From a virus: 64,000 bases of DNA. Below the pieces are notes generated by a model. The model searched no databases and was not told where the DNA came from. It saw only the letters and a program-made list of their open reading frames with translations. The stretch spans positions 70,714-134,713 of the IMG/VR virus record IMGVR_UViG_3300008952_003220. One strand, written 5' to 3'. A program made the translations under genes and the position numbers. Shown here piece by piece: positions 60,339 to 64,000 of this stretch (its first letter is position 1; the number at the start of each line of letters is the position of its first letter).

Positions 60339-60794
60339 ATGAAAATCACACGTAAACAGCTAAGAAGAATCATAAAGGAAGAGCTTGCCAGAGCTTTAAC
60401 TGAAGACAGCGCTGGAGACGGTGAGCTTAGTGATTCAGAAGCCAGAGATCTCGAAGCCCTTGTCGGTGACGCAATAACTGATGCTCGTAGTGATGGTGGT
60501 GAGGTGTCAGAATTCACAATTACAGACATCAGTGTGAGCGATGACCCATGGAGAAGTGAGGCTTCAAGGCTCCGTGGTGGACCCGAGATAAATGATTGGA
60601 ATATTGAGATCAATGATGAATCGGTATATGTGGCTGGCGTTCGTGGGAATTTGAGCCTGGAAGCTACAGCAAATCAGGTTGCCAGGGGTATTGCTGATGA
60701 GCTCGGCTATGACGAGGATGTGGAAGATCGATTATCAGAATATCTGCGACAGGACAAGGACTTTAGTGATACCTGGGAATCCTGGAGAGACTGA
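60339..60794 (+). CDS. Leader-family protein with GDGELS module
   Basis: Leader...ALTE-DSAGDGELSDSEA. Confidence 0.75.
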   Translation: MKITRKQLRRIIKEELARALTEDSAGDGELSDSEARDLEALVGDAITDARSDGGEVSEFTITDISVSDDPWRSEASRLRGGPEINDWNIEINDESVYVAGVRGNLSLEATANQVARGIADELGYDEDVEDRLSEYLRQDKDFSDTWESWRD

Positions 60795-60858
60795 TCTCGA
60801 GCGCGGTTAAACTATAAAAGCCCAGAGTGATATACTTGTAAGTGAACAGAGGCAAGGA

Positions 60859-61044
60859 ATGAAACTACACTCTTCAGCGATAAAAGAACTAATCAGAATA
60901 TTCGAAACACACGGTGGTCACAAGCACAACGCTATTGTATTCGAGAGAATATCTGATCTTGATCTATCACTTTATAATCAGAGATCTACGGGTAGAGACA
61001 TCATCGTTCTCACTAAAGAGCTAGAGAATAGAAGTAGAGAATAG
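60859..61044 (+). CDS. Hypothetical protein
   Basis: 61-aa ORF. Confidence 0.4.
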   Translation: MKLHSSAIKELIRIFETHGGHKHNAIVFERISDLDLSLYNQRSTGRDIIVLTKELENRSRE

Positions 61045-61150
61045 CTCTCCGTATCTCACCTAATCGCCTATCTCAGATAGTCTCAGTTAGATAGTAAAAC
61101 TGTATAGCTGCTAAATATGTATATAGGAACCGCAAGGTAGAGATAGAACT

Positions 61151-61585
61151 ATGCGCATAACTAGAAGACAGCTAAGAAGAATCATAAAGGAAGAGCTCAG
61201 CAGGGTTCTGATGAGAGAAGCTACACTAAGAACAGAGCCATACAAGCCAGGCGACGATTATGATCACATGGGCTGGGGACCTATTGGTGATTACGCTGGA
61301 AGTGTTCTTGTCTTACCACCGGATGATGACAGCCCTGTGGTAGCTGGCTCTCGGATGTCCCAGATGACTGGTGTTGGGGTGTTCTATTATGGAACACCCC
61401 AATGGGTTCTTAGCTTTTGTGAGACACAAGAATACAACAGCTGTTGGAAAATCGTGATAAATGAGTCCATGGCACAGGAGTTTGTTGATGATCCAACAGC
61501 TGCTATGAGAAAGTACTGGGACAAGGGTATTAATCATGCTACAGGTCACAAGCTTGGTGAGCATAAATCACCCGCTCCCGACTGA
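61151..61585 (+). CDS. Leader-family protein
   Basis: MRITRRQLRRIIKEELSRVLMRE. Confidence 0.72.
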   Translation: MRITRRQLRRIIKEELSRVLMREATLRTEPYKPGDDYDHMGWGPIGDYAGSVLVLPPDDDSPVVAGSRMSQMTGVGVFYYGTPQWVLSFCETQEYNSCWKIVINESMAQEFVDDPTAAMRKYWDKGINHATGHKLGEHKSPAPD

Positions 61586-61619
61586 GCGCGGTCAATCTAT
61601 AAAAACACAGAGGGAACAG

Positions 61620-62237
61620 ATGAAGATCACAAAGCGACAGCTAAGAAGAATCATAAAAGAAGAGCTAAGTAGAGCTTTGCTTAAAGAAGAAGATGAAGCA
61701 GTCGAGGAAGAAGAGATCACTTGGGAGGTTGTTCATGTCTTTGAGAGCCCGTGTGAGGATGACACAGATGTTCTGCAAGCAGCATGTGACGAGGGCGATA
61801 CAGATGCATGCACAATGCTTAGCCGCCTGCCTGACTGGCTTCTGGTTAGCCCGGGCGAGATAAGATGTAAGGGCCTCATCGCTGTAGAGATGGTGTATGA
61901 AACCTCCGACGACTCATGGGAGACACTCTTTGCTGTAGGTGATGAGGAGACATCCGAAGATGTTCTTGAAACAATGTCTTCTCTAGAGCCTGGAGAAATG
62001 GTCAGCGACCTCGAGGTTACGAGTTGGGATAGCGGTGGTGCGACACTATCAAGCGACGATTCAGCCAGTTCGGCATCTGAAGGGGAAGAGTACGAAAATC
62101 CATGGGAGGATCCTGATGTCCATCACATCATGGGCGACAATCAGTTATGCACAACGACATATCACTACTACTCCGATACACGTAAGCCTCCGAAGGTTGT
62201 TAAGGATGAGGACTGTATGAGAAGAAAAGATTCATAA
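61620..62237 (+). CDS. Leader-family acidic protein
   Basis: MKITKRQLRRIIKEELSRALLKE. Confidence 0.72.
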   Translation: MKITKRQLRRIIKEELSRALLKEEDEAVEEEEITWEVVHVFESPCEDDTDVLQAACDEGDTDACTMLSRLPDWLLVSPGEIRCKGLIAVEMVYETSDDSWETLFAVGDEETSEDVLETMSSLEPGEMVSDLEVTSWDSGGATLSSDDSASSASEGEEYENPWEDPDVHHIMGDNQLCTTTYHYYSDTRKPPKVVKDEDCMRRKDS

Positions 62238-62261
62238 CCCATAAAAGAACAGAGACAACAA

Positions 62262-62783
62262 ATGAAGATATCACGTCGACAGTTAAGAAGAATCATAAAG
62301 GAAGAGCTGAGTAGAGCTTTGCTTAAAGAACAGGAGCAGGACGGTACGGGTTTCCCGAATCCCGAGCGCGACCCTCCGGAGGGCGAAATCCATCTGGGAC
62401 GATACGGAGTGCAGCCCGAGTCCGAGGTGTTCTCGCTACCCAGGACTGCGGCGCCTCTCATGCCTAGCGGCGGTCCTGTTTTTCGGATGGGTGAATTTGA
62501 AGTGAGGACAGATAGCTCATTTACCGATGAGGATCTGGATCAGATCAGGCGATTCCTTGTAGAGATGAAGAAGATGATTGCGTCCGCAGGTCGCTACGAG
62601 GGCGGGGGTCAATTCTGGATGGATGGAAAAGACCTGTCCATGGTGAGTCGTCCTCATGAGGGTGGACTGGTATTCGAGCATCCTGGGGACAGGATGCAAA
62701 AGGCTGCAAAGCGGCTCTGGAAAGATCTGGAGCTACCGCGCAATGGGAAGCTTGTAATTATCTACAGCCCGGGTCCTCGGTGA
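62262..62783 (+). CDS. Leader-family protein
   Basis: MKISRRQLRRIIKEELSRALLKE. Confidence 0.72.
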   Translation: MKISRRQLRRIIKEELSRALLKEQEQDGTGFPNPERDPPEGEIHLGRYGVQPESEVFSLPRTAAPLMPSGGPVFRMGEFEVRTDSSFTDEDLDQIRRFLVEMKKMIASAGRYEGGGQFWMDGKDLSMVSRPHEGGLVFEHPGDRMQKAAKRLWKDLELPRNGKLVIIYSPGPR

Positions 62784-62960
62784 TCTAGCATCGAGCGCGG
62801 TCAAACAATAAAAGCACAGAGGGAACTAAGAGCACAGGGGATAACACCTACAGGGGGAACAAGACACACGTACACTCCTCCTTCAGATCCTCATCAGCCA
62901 CTGATAAGTTTCCATAGATGAGAAATACCTATATAAGAACCTCCATGGAGAGAACAGGAC

Positions 62961-63455
62961 ATGAAGATAACACGCAGACAACTAAGAAGAATCATTCAGG
63001 AAGAGCTAAGTAGAGCTTTGCTTAAAGAAGAGGATGAGATTCGACTTTCAAAAGACTTCAAGGATGCTGTGATCGAAGACGCTGCTGTTGGCTCAGTCCT
63101 TGTTTTTCGAAGTGCACCCCAGTTTAAAAAAGAATCAGATGGGTGGCATGGCCTGGCTGCTTACTCTGAAGAAGATCTTCTCGGAATGATGCAGAAACCA
63201 GATGAAGTTACTGCTAAGCTAAACGCCTGGGAAAATCATGGGACATGGGAATCCGCCCCTAATGACCCAGTAAGGATTCCAAAGCGGATGATAAAGCCTG
63301 AGAATGTGGCTGGAAAAGACTCTATTGATTTTAAGCGTGCTCCCGAAGAGGGTATGTGGATCGAGGTAGGTGCAACTGGGGATCGTGATATAATCGCATG
63401 GCTCCGTCAAATCGCTGATGGTGGTGGTGCAATGCACCTCTTCTACATCGAGTGA
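62961..63455 (+). CDS. Leader-family protein
   Basis: MKITRRQLRRIIQEELSRALLKE; ATACCTAT upstream. Confidence 0.72.
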   Translation: MKITRRQLRRIIQEELSRALLKEEDEIRLSKDFKDAVIEDAAVGSVLVFRSAPQFKKESDGWHGLAAYSEEDLLGMMQKPDEVTAKLNAWENHGTWESAPNDPVRIPKRMIKPENVAGKDSIDFKRAPEEGMWIEVGATGDRDIIAWLRQIADGGGAMHLFYIE

Positions 63456-63660
63456 TCTAGCATCGAGCACCCGAGTCTACAGATCCATCTAGCGCCCAGC
63501 CACATGGATGTGATCGAGCACCCAGCTCTCATCTAGCGCCCGTGACACGTGGCTACGTCGACAAGCATCGAGTGCCCGGCAACCTATCGAGCGCTGGGCT
63601 GATCTAGCACCCGAATTCCTGGTATCGAGTGCCCGGGTTTATTTTCATCTAGCGCTAGGG
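63447..63660. repeat. Eleven irregularly spaced ATC(G/T)AG(C/T)(A/G) direct repeats
   Basis: Copies at 63447, 63455, 63462, 63487, 63513, 63531, 63567, 63586, 63602, 63624, 63647. Confidence 0.8.
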
Positions 63661-63690
63661 TAGTTGGTACTTAGCCCCCTTGCCCGCCCC

Positions 63691-63731
63691 TTTTGTGTCA
63701 TTTTGTGTCATAAAGTGTCACGCAGTGGTCA
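63691..63731. repeat. GTGTCA boxes with 10-nt period
   Basis: TTTTGTGTCA TTTTGTGTCA TAAAGTGTCA CGCAGTGGTCA. Confidence 0.7.
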
Positions 63732-63745
63732 CAACAGGTCTAAAC

Positions 63746-63774
63746 GTGTAAAAAAAGCATCCCCATGGTATAAT
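63746..63774 (+). promoter_or_regulatory. GTGTAA-N17-TATAAT promoter
   Basis: Consensus match, AAGGAGG RBS follows. Confidence 0.75.
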
Positions 63775-63794
63775 AAAGTGGTAAGGAGGTGTCA

Positions 63795-64000
63795 ATGGCA
63801 CACGCACTCAAACAGGGAGACATCATGTACTCCTCGTGGGGTTACAACCAGACCAACATCACATTCTATCGGGTCACACGAGCCACGGCGACCACCGTGA
63901 TGCTCGAGCGGCTTCGCAACAGGCTCGTCGAACGCATGAATGTGATGGATCTGGTCGCTCCCAGCGATGAGTCGAACGGCGAGGTTGGCCGTCGCAAGGT
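63795..64000 (+). CDS. Partial phage/plasmid hypothetical protein, runs off the window
   Basis: MAHALKQGDIMYSSWGYNQTNITFYRV. Confidence 0.7.
   Translation, partial: MAHALKQGDIMYSSWGYNQTNITFYRVTRATATTVMLERLRNRLVERMNVMDLVAPSDESNGEVGRRK

Noticed and set aside
25927-63455. Diversity-generating retroelement or retron behind the repeated families
   Set aside because: No reverse transcriptase in the window and no template/variable repeat pair differing at adenines was seen.
25927-63455. Leader as a Tat or Sec signal peptide (TRRQL resembles twin-arginine)
   Set aside because: No hydrophobic h-region follows, the helix is charged and amphipathic, and the RR is not invariant (TKRQ, TSEQ, SNKT).
1928-63470. 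Most short minus-strand ORFs in the track
   Set aside because: They lie antisense to well-supported + strand genes. Only 16033-16368, 29110-29427 and 29402-29680 fill real gaps.
63447-63660. CRISPR array
   Set aside because: Repeats are only 8-12 nt, degenerate and irregularly spaced.
63664-63900. Tracked 78-aa ORF
   Set aside because: It spans repeats and the promoter. The better-supported gene starts at 63795 in another frame behind AAGGAGG.
1-64000. Genome-wide stop-codon reassignment (TGA or TAG)
   Set aside because: Recognisable enzymes are uninterrupted and end at plausible lengths with TGA (TilS, GuaB family, exonuclease) or TAG (AAA, RadA-like). I found only one in-frame TGA case.

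Overview
This 64-kb window looks like part of a large (jumbo-type) dsDNA bacteriophage genome. It is densely coding, almost all on the + strand, and uses the standard code (TAA, TAG and TGA all end genes). It has five intact tRNAs plus one truncated tRNA, and host-like auxiliary genes (GreA, a short TilS, an IMPDH/GMP-reductase family enzyme, methyl- and sulfotransferases, a deaminase, a cytidylyltransferase, a MoxR-type AAA/vWA pair, a RadA-like ATPase, a 5'-3' exonuclease, HNH and GIY-YIG nucleases). I could not recognise capsid, terminase or polymerase genes, so the phage call is an inference. Two expanded gene families dominate. (1) About 35 otherwise unrelated proteins share an N-terminal 'MKITRRQLRRLIKEEL..L-x-E' leader and usually follow an ATANNTAT motif; I infer a capsid-targeting propeptide on late-expressed virion cargo. 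(2) About 30 tiny KOW/SH3-like 'MKVGDLV...EVISESR' genes are chained by a conserved 24-nt RBS/start/stop junction downstream of GTGTAA-N17-TATAAT promoters. The most striking single item is an ORF missing from the track (35420-35782), with one in-frame TGA followed by a bacterial-SECIS-like hairpin: a candidate phage selenoprotein. Also notable are a two-copy pseudoknot RNA motif with a compensatory change, a shuffled 'GDGELS' module, an HNH+tRNA-Leu cassette next to a broken tRNA, and an iterated repeat block near 63.5 kb. All family assignments come from motif recognition by eye, without database searches.
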